A stretch of 64,000 nucleotides of DNA, taken from the NCBI GenBank assembly GCA_963749155.1, contig CAVVLO010000001.1:800001-864000 (forward strand), read 5' to 3'. Source of the DNA: an uncultured Armatimonadia bacterium. Lineage in GTDB: Bacteria; Armatimonadota; Zipacnadia; CAVVLO01. Shown one piece after another: positions 9,807 through 20,640 of this stretch; the first letter of the stretch is position 1, and each line of letters begins with the position of its first letter. Made by a program: the position numbers and the translations under genes. Under the pieces are notes generated by a model, which saw nothing but the letters and a program-made list of their open reading frames with translations, made no database searches and was not told the DNA's origin.

Positions 9807-11909
9807 ATGGAATCACTTGTTTTGTTTGCCCTTGCGCTGTTGCTGCTAGCAGGCGCGGGTCAGGCGGCGCCTGACAGAGCGGAACTGCTTTCACAGGCTC
9901 TGACCTATTGGCCTGTAGCCCAGGCCTTCCAGGCTGGAGAATTAGCCGCTCAGGGCGAGGTGACAGTCGCACCAGCCCCCGGAGAGCCGCACGATGAGGC
10001 GGTAGACTGCGCCGGGACAGGCTTCCTGGTTGCAGAGGGAGCGCCCAACGCTACAGGTAAGGGAATAACGGTCTTCGTGCGCGCTCAGGCGCCTGGGGGA
10101 GAGTGGCAATCGGGGCTGTTCGCGAAGCGCATCGCCGGCCATGAGACCATAAACTTCAACCTCTGGTGCGCCACTCACGATCCGGCAGTCGGCCCTGTGA
10201 TTGGCTTCGAGCTGACGCACCGAGCACGGGTTTCGGCGTGGTGAGTTTCCCAGTCAGCCAGATCGATCCCAAAGCCTGGCACAGCCTGGTTGGGCGGTAT
10301 GATGGGCAGATGCTTGAGCTTATCTCGGACGACACGCCGATGGCGCGCGCCCACTTCGCGGGAGGGGCGCTGCTTCCTAATGATCAACCAGTGATAATTG
10401 GCGCAGACGGGCCGCAGGGGAGGCCTTTCAAAGGGCTGATTTCCGAGGCGGCGGTCTGGGACAGGGCGCTTGGTTACGAGGAGATTGCAGTTCTCAACAA
10501 GGTGGAGGCACTGCTGCCAGGCCCCGAGGTTGGCGTGCCGATCGCCACATCTATCATCCATTACCGGCCTGAGGAACCCGCCTGGGCAGGTGACCCGATC
10601 CCCTTCTACTGGAACGGGCGATACCACATCTTCTACCTGGAAGCAGGGCGAGGAGCGGGGCCGTGGGCGCATATCGTCAGCACCGACCTGGTGCACTGGG
10701 AGAGGCTGCCTTATGCGTTGCTGCCAGGTACCGACCCGCTAGGGCCGGATGCGGAGGGTATCTGGACGGGCAGCGTTATCGAGCATGAGGGCGTCTTCCA
10801 CATATTTTACACGGGTAAAAATATGGTACATCCCGAGGGCGACCAGAAAGTGATGCACGCGACCAGCGTGGACCTGGTGAACTGGACGAAGCGCCCCGAG
10901 TGGACCTTCTACGCCGATGGCGTCCACTACTGGAGCAAGCCGGTCAACGGGTCGCTGGAGGGCATCCAGATTTACCACCATCAGGCCTTCCGCGACCCGG
11001 AGGTCTTCTACAATCCGGATGCAGGTTGCTGGTGGTTGCTGCTTCATGCCTGCAGGCCGGATGGCGAGCCGGTCTTCGCCCTGTATACGTCCGACGACCT
11101 GATTGGCTGGACGCCGCAGGAGCCGCTGGTGAGTTGCGCCGGCGCGGGGATGTCAGGCGACTGCCCGCACTACGTGCAGCTCGGGCATCGCTCTTACATC
11201 ATCTCGGCCGAGCATAACTATGTGTGGGCCGAGAAGCCAGAGGGGCCTTATTCGGCGGTCAATGCGCCCTTCGACGCTGGGCTCTTCACCGTGCCGAAGG
11301 GGCTGTTCGATGGCAAGCGTCACCTGCTTGTAGGCTGGCTGAACGACCTGGAAGGATTTCGAGATGAGGGGGGAGGGCGCTGGGGAGGCACTCTCTCGAT
11401 GGCGCGCGAGGTCTATGCAGGACCGCGCGGAGAGCTTTTCCAGAGGCCCTGTCGGGAGGTTATCGACTACTTCGATACGGTGACTCTGGATCGCCGAGGA
11501 CGTGGCGCTTGCGGCGGGGGAGAGCCTGACCGAGAAGGCACCGGCGGATGGGATGATGGGCTGCAGGCTGGTTGCAGAGCCAGGCGCAGTGGCCAAGCTC
11601 ACCTTCCGCGCTGAAGAGGGCAAGCCGGAGGCCGGTTATACACTCACGCTGGACTTCACCACTGGCAAGGGCGCTCTGGCGAGTCAGTTCGCGGTCTATG
11701 AGCAGGACTGCGCCTTGAAGCCGGGGCGCGAGGTCGAGGTGCGGGCCTTCGTGCTGCAGGACGTGCTGGAAGTGTTTGTGGACGATGCGTATTGTTTCAC
11801 GATGCACTGTTACAATTGGCCGGATGGGGCACTGAGAGTTGCGGCAGAAGGCGCCGGGCTCACGGTAAATAACCTGACAGCCTGTATTTCAAGTGGATCA
11901 ACCGATTAG
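9807..11909 (+). CDS. secreted LamG-domain + GH32 family glycoside hydrolase (frameshifts near 10220 and 11490)
   Basis: Signal peptide; LamG-like WHSLVGRYDG...FKGLISEAAVWDRAL; GH32 motifs WAGDPIPFY, STDLVHW, WTGSV, FRDP; C-terminal LEVFVDD beta-sandwich; pieces in ORFs 9807, 10166, 11502. Confidence 0.85.
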
Positions 11910-11926
11910 GAAGAGAGGGATTCCCG

Positions 11927-12388
11927 ATGCCCGATATGCTGGTGAAGTTATACGATTTGCCTGAACTGAGACCCTATATGGAAGCTGTCGAGAAGGCTGG
12001 CTTCCGCATCAGGCGCGCCAACCCGTGGGAGCAGAGCAAGCTGGCGGAGTTTATCAAGACCAATTTCAGCCAGGGCTGGGCGGAGGAGACCTCGGTGGCT
12101 TTTGCGAAGCAGCCCATCACGGCCTTTATCGCGCTGGAGGGAGACGAGATCGTTGGCTTCGCGGCTTACGAATGCACCAGGCGCAACTTCTTTGGGCCAA
12201 CGGGCGTGAAGGAGAGCCTGAGAGGGAAGGGATTAGGGCAGGTGCTGCTTGTGGCTTCGATGTGGGCACTGTGGGAGCTGGGTTATGGCTACTGCATTAT
12301 CGGCGGAGTTGGGCCGGCTGACTTCTACCACAAGACCGTCGGGGCAGAGCTGATACCCGGCAGCAAGCCTGGCATCTACAGAGGTTAA
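11927..12388 (+). CDS. GNAT family N-acetyltransferase
   Basis: GPTGVKESLRGKGLGQVLL acetyl-CoA-binding motif A. Confidence 0.88.
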   Translation: MPDMLVKLYDLPELRPYMEAVEKAGFRIRRANPWEQSKLAEFIKTNFSQGWAEETSVAFAKQPITAFIALEGDEIVGFAAYECTRRNFFGPTGVKESLRGKGLGQVLLVASMWALWELGYGYCIIGGVGPADFYHKTVGAELIPGSKPGIYRG

Positions 12389-12491
12389 CGTCGCAGGGGT
12401 CAGTGCCCCCTGCACCCCCGGACTGGCTCTGCCTCTGAGGCCGCCAGCCGGTCGCAGCCTCGGCAGGGCTTCCAGGCAAAGAGGCCAAAAC

Positions 12492-12520
12492 AAAAGGCCG
12501 GGCGAGAGGCCCGGCCTTTT
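12492..12520. terminator. bidirectional intrinsic terminator
   Basis: AAAA-GGCCGGGC-gagag-GCCCGGCC-TTTT between convergent genes. Confidence 0.85.
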
Positions 12521-12542
12521 GCTTCTTGCACAGGTATTGCGT

Positions 12543-13367
12543 TTAGACGGTCCGCAAGAAATCCACGGCCTCGCGGATGTTCTTCACGGGGTCGGCGCCA
12601 ACTTCGCGCTCGATAGCGTAGTAACCTTCGAAGCCATGCTGCTTCAGCAGGCCGATATAGTGCGGCCAGTCTACCCAGCCCTCGCCGAGGGGCACTTCGA
12701 GCGGGGTACCGTCTTCCAGCACCAGGGCGTCCTTGGCGTGAGTGTGGACCACATAATCGCCGATGACATTGACGCCTTCATTAGGCATAAAGTCGGCGAT
12801 GGCCTTCTCCTTGTCGTAAGGTATGCCATCGCGCGAGGCCAGCATCGGCGGCCAAAGGATGAAGTTGGCCGGATCGTAGTTGATGCGCAGGGTCGGGCTG
12901 CCGACGGTCTCGATGACGCGCTTGAGCACGGCCGGGGGCTCGGGGCCGGTCTCCATCGCGAGCACCGCGCCGACCTCTTCGCCGTGTTTGGCGATGGGCT
13001 GGATGGCGCTCATCAGGGTCTCCCAGCGCTCGCCGACAGGCTCCCAGGGCATAATGCCCACGTGGCCCTGCCAGATCTTGCAGCCGAGTTCGGCCGCCAG
13101 GTCCAGCAGGCGGAAGGCCGTCTCTATATGACCTTGAAGGCCTTCTTTCTCGCACAGGTCAACCTCGCCGCCCCAGGCACAGATGGCCGAGATGGCAACC
13201 CCTTCGCCGTCCATAAAGCTGACGAGTTCTTTGCGGCCGGCGCTGTCCAGATGGAGCGGAGCGCCTATCTGGGCGCCTACGACGCCCCAGGTCCGGACGA
13301 GTTTTACAGCTTCGCGGAAGTCCATCCGCATGTTCTCTACCATTACTGCGATCTTGATGTCTGCCAT
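12543..13367 (-). CDS. sugar phosphate isomerase/epimerase (xylose isomerase-like TIM barrel)
   Basis: LAMETGPE, NYDPANF, HTHAKD, PLGEGWVDW, IERE motifs. Confidence 0.9.
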   Translation of the reverse strand: MADIKIAVMVENMRMDFREAVKLVRTWGVVGAQIGAPLHLDSAGRKELVSFMDGEGVAISAICAWGGEVDLCEKEGLQGHIETAFRLLDLAAELGCKIWQGHVGIMPWEPVGERWETLMSAIQPIAKHGEEVGAVLAMETGPEPPAVLKRVIETVGSPTLRINYDPANFILWPPMLASRDGIPYDKEKAIADFMPNEGVNVIGDYVVHTHAKDALVLEDGTPLEVPLGEGWVDWPHYIGLLKQHGFEGYYAIEREVGADPVKNIREAVDFLRTV

Positions 13368-13376
13368 TGGGTCCTC

Positions 13377-15804
13377 CTAGATTGGTCGTTCGAGAAGGTC
13401 GCATTCCACGACCTTGTTGCCTGTTATACGGAAGGTCTTCACTTCCTGGGGAGCAAAAGTTGCGCTCCAGGTAAGGGCACTATGGGGCAGCAGGAAGACG
13501 GCTTCCTTCGCCTGACCTGCAAGCTCCACCGCCCGGATTATAAGGCTTTCGCCGTCTTCCGACTGCTTTATGGCCGGGATGGCAATATGGTCGGCCGAGA
13601 TAGTGATGAACTCCTTGGCAAGTGGCAGATAGCCCTCATGGCTGGATTCGAGCAGGAAACTCGGCGGGCTGTTAAGCTCTAGGGCAAGCTCGGGCACCTT
13701 GCCCTCTACAAAGTCGCCAGCATGCGGCACCAGGCGCCAGGTGAAATCATGACGACCCTGGTCGATATATTCATTCCATTCGTCCGGCTGCAGCTTGTAG
13801 GGATCGTGCCAGGCATAGACAGTGCTGCGAAGCAGAGTTATACGTAGCGCCTTGTCGTCTGCGTCGTAGCCATACTTGCCATCATTCAATATCGCAAAGC
13901 CGGCGTTACGACCTTGGGTGTCGCAACCGGAGAGATCGAGCCAGGCGTGCATCGGTTCCTCTTCGCCGTTCAGGACGCGCTCGCAGAAGCCATAACTCAT
14001 ACTCGAGTGAAGCTCTGGCTGCTTGATTCCGAAGGGCACGGTCAGCTTGAAGGCCTTGAACTGGTCCTGCACCTCCAGGCTGGTCTTTACTTCCACCCAG
14101 GGCTGACCTGCCCACAGACAGATACGCTGGATGAGGGTGGAAGCGCCCCACCTGGCGCGCGTGCGCACCACGGCGCGGATTGGGCCAGCTTCTTCAAGCA
14201 CGGCCTCGAAGCCCTCGAAGGCGCCGACTAGCTGGTCGTACTTCTTCAGTTCATGGCTCCAGGTGTCGGAGGTGTCATGGAAGACGTCGACACTCTGAGG
14301 GGCCGAAAGCAACTCGACTCCGGTGCGTTTGTCCAGCACCTGAGCAAGGCCGCCGGTCTCGGGTGAGATCGTCACGCGAAGCCAGGGGTTCTCCAGCCGC
14401 TCGGTGGTAGCGGTCAGGTCGGACTGGACAGGCGCAGGGTTGCCCCTGACCAGCCTGAAGGAGCGCCAGCCCCAGGCGGGCAGTTCGGGCTCGAAGCACA
14501 GCTCCATCCGGCCCAGCGCGCTCCTTTGGCGGCGGCGGGATTGCGCTGATAGGGCACTTCGTTGCCAAGCTCGTCCAGCACCTGGGCTTCGAGGCTCCAG
14601 GTGAGATCGCACGCCATCGGGACAGTGGTTTTCCAGCCGTGGGGATTGAAGCAGACCAGCGTGGCGCCTTCACCTGAGGTATCGAGTCTGGCGGCGATTG
14701 CCTGCTGGGCGAAGTTCTGGGTTTCGGAAGCGATATGCAGCGCGTAGCCTGCGGCGGCCTGAACGTCCTCGTAGGCGGGCTTGATGCTGGTGCCGGCCAG
14801 GATATCGTGGAACTGGTTGAAAAGCATCCGGCGCCAGGCTTCGGTAAAACGCTCAAGTGGATAAGGCTTCAGCTTGAGGCGGAAGGCCAGCGCGGCCCAT
14901 TTCTCGGCGGTCGCCAGGGCTTCTTCACACTGGCGATTCAGGTGTTTGGCCAGCGTCGTTACCGAATAGCAACCGCGCGCGTGGTGTTGAAGCTCCTCAG
15001 GGACACGCGGGAAGCTCGTTTCGCAGGCCCGTAAGAGACGCGAAGAAAGCCTCCAGTGTGCTACACAGAGGGGCAGGCGCCTCAGGGTCGGCGGCGATAT
15101 CGTGGATGGCCTCGATATTGTCGATGGTCGGCCCTCCGCCGTGGTTGCCTACGCCGTAGAAGCAAAGCGAATCCGGGACGGTCGGCATCCACTCGGACGC
15201 GGTATTAATCCACTGGGTAAGCGCCTGCGCTCTCCCAGACGCAGTAATGGTTGGCGGCGCGGCAACCGATAACTGTAGAACCATCGGGCGCTATCCACTG
15301 GAAAAGGCCCGCGGGCAGCGTCTTCTCGTAAGGCCCTGGGCGAAAGAAGATGTAATAATCCAGGCCTGATTTCTTGAGCAACTGGGGAAGCATCCCATCA
15401 TGGCCGAAGGAGTCGACGTTGTAGCCAACCTTGGCCAGCTTGCCAAACCGAGACATAAAATAGCCCTGACCATAAAGCGCCTGGCGCGCGAAAGCCTCAC
15501 CGCTCGGGACATTGCAGTCAGGCTGCACCCACCAGCCCCCTGCAAGCTCCCAGCGGCCTTCGGCGACGCGCTGGCGGATCTCTTCAAACATTGCGGGGTC
15601 GGTCTGTTCGACCCACCAGTAGAGCGCGGCCTGGGCCGAGGTAAATTTGAAATCCGGGTACTCCATCATCCGGTCGAGGGCCGAGCGAAAACTGGAGCGA
15701 GTGGTTTCCATCCCTTCGGGCCAGCGCCATAGCCACACCGGGTCGATGTGAGCATTGCCGATCATATGGATGGGGCGCCCTTGGGCTTCTTGCTGGTCTG
15801 CCAT
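13377..15804 (-). CDS. GH38 alpha-mannosidase (about three frameshifts)
   Basis: HMIGNAHIDPVWLWRW, GGWWVQPDCNVPSGE, NVDSFGH, YGVGNHGGGPT, LFNQFHDILAGTSI, LNDGKYGY spread over consecutive frames; GGAGG RBS before ATG 15804. Confidence 0.9.
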
Positions 15805-15844
15805 TGGAACCTCCTGACTGGTAAAAAAAGATACGGGGCAAAGG

Positions 15845-15897
15845 TTGGCGAAGAAGGGCATATCTCCTGCAGCAGGAAGCAGGAGGAGCGCCTCGAA
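15845..15897. promoter_or_regulatory. back-to-back divergent SigH-like promoters
   Basis: TCCTGC-A-GCAGGA at 15865-15877; + strand N16-CGAA (15894-15897); - strand N16-CCAA (15848-15845). Confidence 0.5.
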
Positions 15898-15950
15898 CCA
15901 ATAAAATCCTGACCAAGAGTAATTGTCACCATCAAGGAGGACTGAGAAAA

Positions 15951-17363
15951 ATGGCACAGAACGGTTGTGTGGGCGTCATTATCGGCAACAGGGGTTTCTT
16001 CCCCAGCTTCCTGGCCGTCGAAGGGCGCAAGGAGATACTGAGTCTGCTGGAGAGCAAGGGCATCAAAGCCATTATCGCCCCGGCAGAAGCCACCCAGCAT
16101 GGCGCGGTAACGAGCTATGAGGACGCGCAACTCTACGGCAAGCTGTTCAGAGATCACGCCGAAGAGATTGACGGCATCATCATCAGCCTGCCGAACTTCG
16201 GCGATGAGAAATCCATCGCGCAGACCATCAGGTTCAGCGGCCTCAACGTGCCGGTAATGGTGCAGGCCTATCCGGATGACCTGGCCAAGCTTGACCTGGC
16301 CAACCGGCGGGACAGCTTCTGCGGCAAGTTCTCGGCTTGCGCCAACCTGCGTCAATACGGGATAGACTTCTCCCTTACCGACCTGCATACGGTAGACCCG
16401 AAGAGCGAGGCTTTCGCAAGAGAGCTTGACTGGTTTATGGGCGTCTGCCGCGTCACAAAGGGCCTGCGCAACTGCCGTGTTGGCGCCGTGGGCGCGCGTC
16501 CGGCCGATTTCGACACTGTCCGTTACAGCGAGAAGATTCTAGAGGCCAATCGTATCTCGGTAGAGCCGATTGACCTCTTCGACCTGTTCGGCAAGGTGAA
16601 CAAACTGGGCGAAGACGATCCTGCGGTCCAGGCCAAACTCGGCGCGCTGCGCGGTTATTGCAATATCGCGGGCGTGCCCGACCACGCGCTGATGCGGATG
16701 GCGCGCTTCGCCACGGCGCTGTCGGCCTGGGTAGAGTCGAAAGACCTCGACTGCATCGCGCTCCAGTGCTGGTCAGCCATCGAGGAGAACTACGGCATCA
16801 CCCCGTGCGCGGTAATGAGTATGATGAGCAACTCGCTCATCCCCGCCGCTTGCGAGGTAGACGTTACCGGCGCCCTCAGTATGTACGCGCTGCAACTTGC
16901 TAACGGCACTCCCGCCACGATTCTTGACTGGAACAACAACTACGGGCACGAGCCTGACAAGTGCGTGCTTTTCCACTGCAGCAACGCGCCGAAGGTCTTC
17001 TTTGACGATCTGAAGATGAGCGCGCAGGACATCCTGGCGGATTCTGTCGGACGCGAAAACAGTTATGGCACCTGCGTTGGACGTTTCGTGCCGATGCCTG
17101 TCACACTGGCGCGTCTCACCACCGATGACGTCAGCGGCGAGATCCGCACCTATCTGGCCGAGGGCGCGCTGGTGGATGATCCGCTCAACACCTTCGGCGG
17201 GGTTGGAGTATTGCATGTCGAGGATATGCAGGAGCTGCTGCGTTATTGCTGCGTCGAGGGTTTCGAGCACCACGTGGCTATGGGCGGCGGGCGAGTTGGC
17301 GATATGCTGGCCGAGGCCTTTGGAAACTACCTGGGCTGGGATCTCTACTACCACAAAGGGTGA
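15951..17363 (+). CDS. L-fucose/L-arabinose isomerase family protein
   Basis: GNRGFFP, LPNFGDE, RRDSFCGK, ACEVDVTG, FHCSN, GFEHHVAM; AGGAGG RBS. Confidence 0.9.
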   Translation: MAQNGCVGVIIGNRGFFPSFLAVEGRKEILSLLESKGIKAIIAPAEATQHGAVTSYEDAQLYGKLFRDHAEEIDGIIISLPNFGDEKSIAQTIRFSGLNVPVMVQAYPDDLAKLDLANRRDSFCGKFSACANLRQYGIDFSLTDLHTVDPKSEAFARELDWFMGVCRVTKGLRNCRVGAVGARPADFDTVRYSEKILEANRISVEPIDLFDLFGKVNKLGEDDPAVQAKLGALRGYCNIAGVPDHALMRMARFATALSAWVESKDLDCIALQCWSAIEENYGITPCAVMSMMSNSLIPAACEVDVTGALSMYALQLANGTPATILDWNNNYGHEPDKCVLFHCSNAPKVFFDDLKMSAQDILADSVGRENSYGTCVGRFVPMPVTLARLTTDDVSGEIRTYLAEGALVDDPLNTFGGVGVLHVEDMQELLRYCCVEGFEHHVAMGGGRVGDMLAEAFGNYLGWDLYYHKG

Positions 17364-17380
17364 TTTCGGACGCTCAGGAG

Positions 17381-17410
17381 AAGGGACTCGGCAGTTGCCG
17401 GGTCCCTTTT
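17381..17410 (+). terminator. intrinsic terminator
   Basis: AAGGGACTCGGCA-gt-TGCCGGGTCCCTT hairpin followed by a T-run. Confidence 0.75.
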
Positions 17411-17554
17411 ACTTTGCGATTTCCGGTGATTTGCCGTAAAGTCTAGTGAATTGGGGGATAAACCAAAGCCGCGTTATGGTTTATACTTGGACAGAGGGCC
17501 GGAAGGCCTTCCGCTAGAGCAGATTTCTAAAGGGAATAATCGAGGTGCTTTTCG

Positions 17555-18761
17555 TTGCAACCGCTGGAGCTTAGGCCTGGCATCTATGCCGTAGGCGCGC
17601 TGGACTGGGATCTCAGCCAGATGCACGGCTATTTCACGCCGCGCGGCGTCACCTACAACTCTTACCTCCTTGTCGATGAGCATATCACCCTCGTCGACAC
17701 GGTGAAGCACTACAAGTTCGACGAGTTGCTGAGTCGCATCAGCAAGGTCGTAGATCCGTCCAAAATTGATTATGTGGTGGTCAACCACGCCGAACCCGAC
17801 CATGGCAGCGCGCTGCCGAAGGTGCGGGCGCTGCTGCCGAACGCTTCAATCTTCTGCAGCAAGCGCGGGGTGGATGTCATCACCGGCAACTACCGGCAGG
17901 ACTTCGGCCTGAAGCCTGTGGCGGACGGCGAGACGCTTTCACTTGGCAAGCGGTCGCTGGTCTTCAAAGAACTGCCGATGCTGCACTGGCCGGACAGTAT
18001 GGTCAGTTATTGTCCCGAGGAAGGGATACTCTTCTCCAACGACGCCTTCGGCCAGCATATGGCGACTGCGGAGCGCTTCGATGACGAGGTCGGGTGGAGC
18101 GTCACCAGCTACGAGGCCGGCAAGTATTACGCCAATATCGTGATGCCCTTCGCTCAGCAGGTGCAAGGGGCGCTGGCGGCGCTTGGAAGCCTGCCCATCA
18201 GTCTGATCTGTCCCTCGCACGGGGTTATGATACGCAGCCACATCGCCGAGATGCTTGAAAATTATCGCAAGTGGTCGAGTTTCGAGGCGGAAGAGTCGGT
18301 TGCGCTTATCTACTACTCGATGTGGGGCGCCACCAAGCTGCTGGCGGAGGCCATCGCCGATGGCGTGCAGGCCGAGGGGCTGCTTGTTACGCTGCGTAAT
18401 ATGGAGAGCTACCACTATTCCGATGTGATGTATGATGTACTTGTGAACCGCGGCATCGCGCTGGGCTCGCCCACGCTCAACAACGGGATGCATCCCGAGA
18501 TGGCCTCTATGACGGCTTATCTGACGGGGCTGCGGCCGCGCGACCGGGTAGGGCTGGCCTTCGGGTCTTACGGCTGGGGCGGCCAGTCGGTCGGGATGCT
18601 TCAAGAGGTTATGACGCAGCTCAAGTGGGAGACTCCCCTCGAGCCGCTGAAGATAAAATGGAAGCCGACGGAGGAAGACCTCCAGGCGGCGACCGAGGCG
18701 GGCAGGGCGCTTGCCCAGCAGGTAAAAGCCTGGCCCAAGCCGAATACGTTGCCCACTATAA
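17555..18761 (+). CDS. fprA: FprA family flavodiiron protein (O2/NO reductase); reads in frame into the SOR gene as sequenced
   Basis: TYNSYL, NHAEPDHG, LHWPDSM, SNDAFGQH, PSHG, flavodoxin GSPTLNN and AFGSYGWGG; end coordinate assumes a 1-nt correction giving TAA 18759-18761. Confidence 0.9.
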
Positions 18762-18784
18762 CAACCACTCAGGAGGTGGCTGGT

Positions 18785-19111
18785 ATGAAGTTGTCCGATT
18801 ACCTGATTTCGCCCGAACACGAGGGCAAAGAGAAACACGTACCCCAGCTTTCACTGACAGACGGCGTGCTGGAGGTGTGGGTAGGCAAGGAAGTCGCTCA
18901 TCCCAACACAATCGAGCATCACATCTCGTGGATCCAGGTCTATGCGATCCCCGAGAGCGGCCCGGTGAAGTTCGTCGCGAGGTTCGACTTCGGGCCGACA
19001 CTGGCTCAGCCGCACGTGACGGTGCCTGTAATGACCGAGGGCATCAAGGGCTATATCGCGGTGGAACACTGCAATATCCACGGGCTGTGGGAGAACTCAA
19101 TCGAGGTCTGA
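18785..19111 (+). CDS. sor: superoxide reductase (neelaredoxin-type, 1Fe-SOR)
   Basis: EKHVP, HPNTIEHHI, CNIHGLW iron ligands; own AGGAGG RBS at 18771-18776 before ATG 18785. Confidence 0.9.
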   Translation: MKLSDYLISPEHEGKEKHVPQLSLTDGVLEVWVGKEVAHPNTIEHHISWIQVYAIPESGPVKFVARFDFGPTLAQPHVTVPVMTEGIKGYIAVEHCNIHGLWENSIEV

Positions 19112-19132
19112 TGCGCCCGCAGGCAGGCCACA

Positions 19133-19170
19133 AAGAAGCGCCGGGGCCAACGCTCCGGCGCTTTTGTTTT
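19133..19170. terminator. bidirectional intrinsic terminator
   Basis: AAGCGCCGGGGC-caac-GCTCCGGCGCTT followed by TTGTTTT, between convergent genes. Confidence 0.75.
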
Positions 19171-19174
19171 GGCG

Positions 19175-20567
19175 CTAGCGACTGAATTTGCGGACCAGAC
19201 AGATCATAAAGAGGGAGGTAAGGACCAAACCCAGGACCGCCTCGACAGAGGCCAGTTAAGCGCCCAAAGCCAGCCATGTGGCGTAATGTCACCATAGCCG
19301 AGGGTTGCGAAGGTAATGACGCTATGAGTAGAGAGCAGTCCAAAGGGAATGGACTGGTCGTTCAGATACCATCCACCTGAAGGCCCTTGATTGCCTGCAG
19401 GTACGGCGAAGAAGACCACGGCGCAGAGCGCCCACAGGGCTACTAGCCACCACTGCTCGCCATAACCCGCGACCCACTCAAGCAGTGCACTCCCAGAGCA
19501 CGTTTCACCGGGTGGCCGCCTTCTGTTCAGCAAGGGCCCTATCCGTTGGCAGTAACGCTCCCGGTAGAAGAAGTTGCCCGCGCGTTCATAGTCTCCCTGC
19601 TGCTGGAAGGCGAGCTTGAGTTGGCGGTAGACAGCGGCGCAGGAGGACCAGGTGGGGCGAGAGTATGGCGTGTGTGTCGCAGGTCGTAGGCAGTCCAGGC
19701 AACGTCGTCTTTGGCCAGTAACTCATCGCCCAGCATATCGCTGGAGTCACCCTCTGTAGGCAGGCCGAACCTGCAGTTGGCCAAGTTGGTCGTGGGGTGC
19801 ATGTCTGTACCACTGAGAAGCACCCCGTGTAGGTCGACATCTCTAAGATCCGTAGCAGTGTCGCCACCGTGAGTCCTGCTCGAATCCGTCCGGGACGGAC
19901 GTGATCAGGCTGTGTAAGCGAGTAAACCGGAGATCAGCCGACCTCAGATCGGCCCCTACGAACGAAGCGCCGGAAAGGTCAGCCCAGAGCAGCTCAACCT
20001 CGCGAAGATCAGCTCTCATGAGCTGAGCCCCCGACAGGTTGGCGGAATAGGCGTGAGCATGGTGCAGGATCGCTTTCGTCAAGCTGGGCTCCTGACAGGT
20101 CTGCAGCATTGAATGCAGCGTAGGACGCTTCTGTGCCATCTTAGCGCTGCGCCTCGCAGGACGGCCTCGTCGAGACTGGCACCCGACAGGTCCGCCCCGT
20201 TCAGCTTGGCCGCAGACAGATCTGGCCTCGGATAAGTCCGCGTTTCCGAGATTGCGCCTTCGTTAGGTCAGCCCACGGCAGATTGAGCGTTCTGGAGTTG
20301 GGCATCAGAAAGATGGGTCTCTCGGAAGGACGCGCCTCATCGAGACATATGCCGACAGCGACAGCTTGCTCCAGCCGTTCCTTCAGGTCGATCCGGCTTT
20401 GCCTCGGAGTGGAACTCGCACGTCGGCGTCGGGCTCGGTCGCTCCGCTCCAAGCGGAAGGCCACATAAACTATGCCTTGGTCTAGGCTCGTGCTCGTAGC
20501 CATACTGACACCTCGGCCCGTCGTAGCCTTCCGGCACATCGTTGAGATACTCTGTCTCTTCGCTCAC
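19175..20567 (-). pseudogene. pentapeptide-repeat protein with C-terminal potassium-channel-like pore domain, multiply frameshifted
   Basis: ANLSGAQLMRADLREVELLWADLSGASFVGADLRSADL repeats; YRQLKLAFQQQGDYERAGNFFYRE; GYGE; SVITFATLGYGDITP; VEAVLGLVLTSLFMICLVRKFSR in alternating frames; pseudogene versus poor sequence not resolvable. Confidence 0.7.
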
Positions 20568-20640
20568 AGGCGCCTCCACAGGGGACAAGCTAACTACAGA
20601 GAATTATACCGCTAGTCTGAGGTGCTTGAGGGTGGCTTTT

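Noticed and set aside
15805..15957. N-terminal extensions given by the ORF track (GH38, also Gfo/Idh, flavodoxin, cysS, ispA)
   Set aside because: They run through promoter DNA; downstream starts with RBS match the family N-termini
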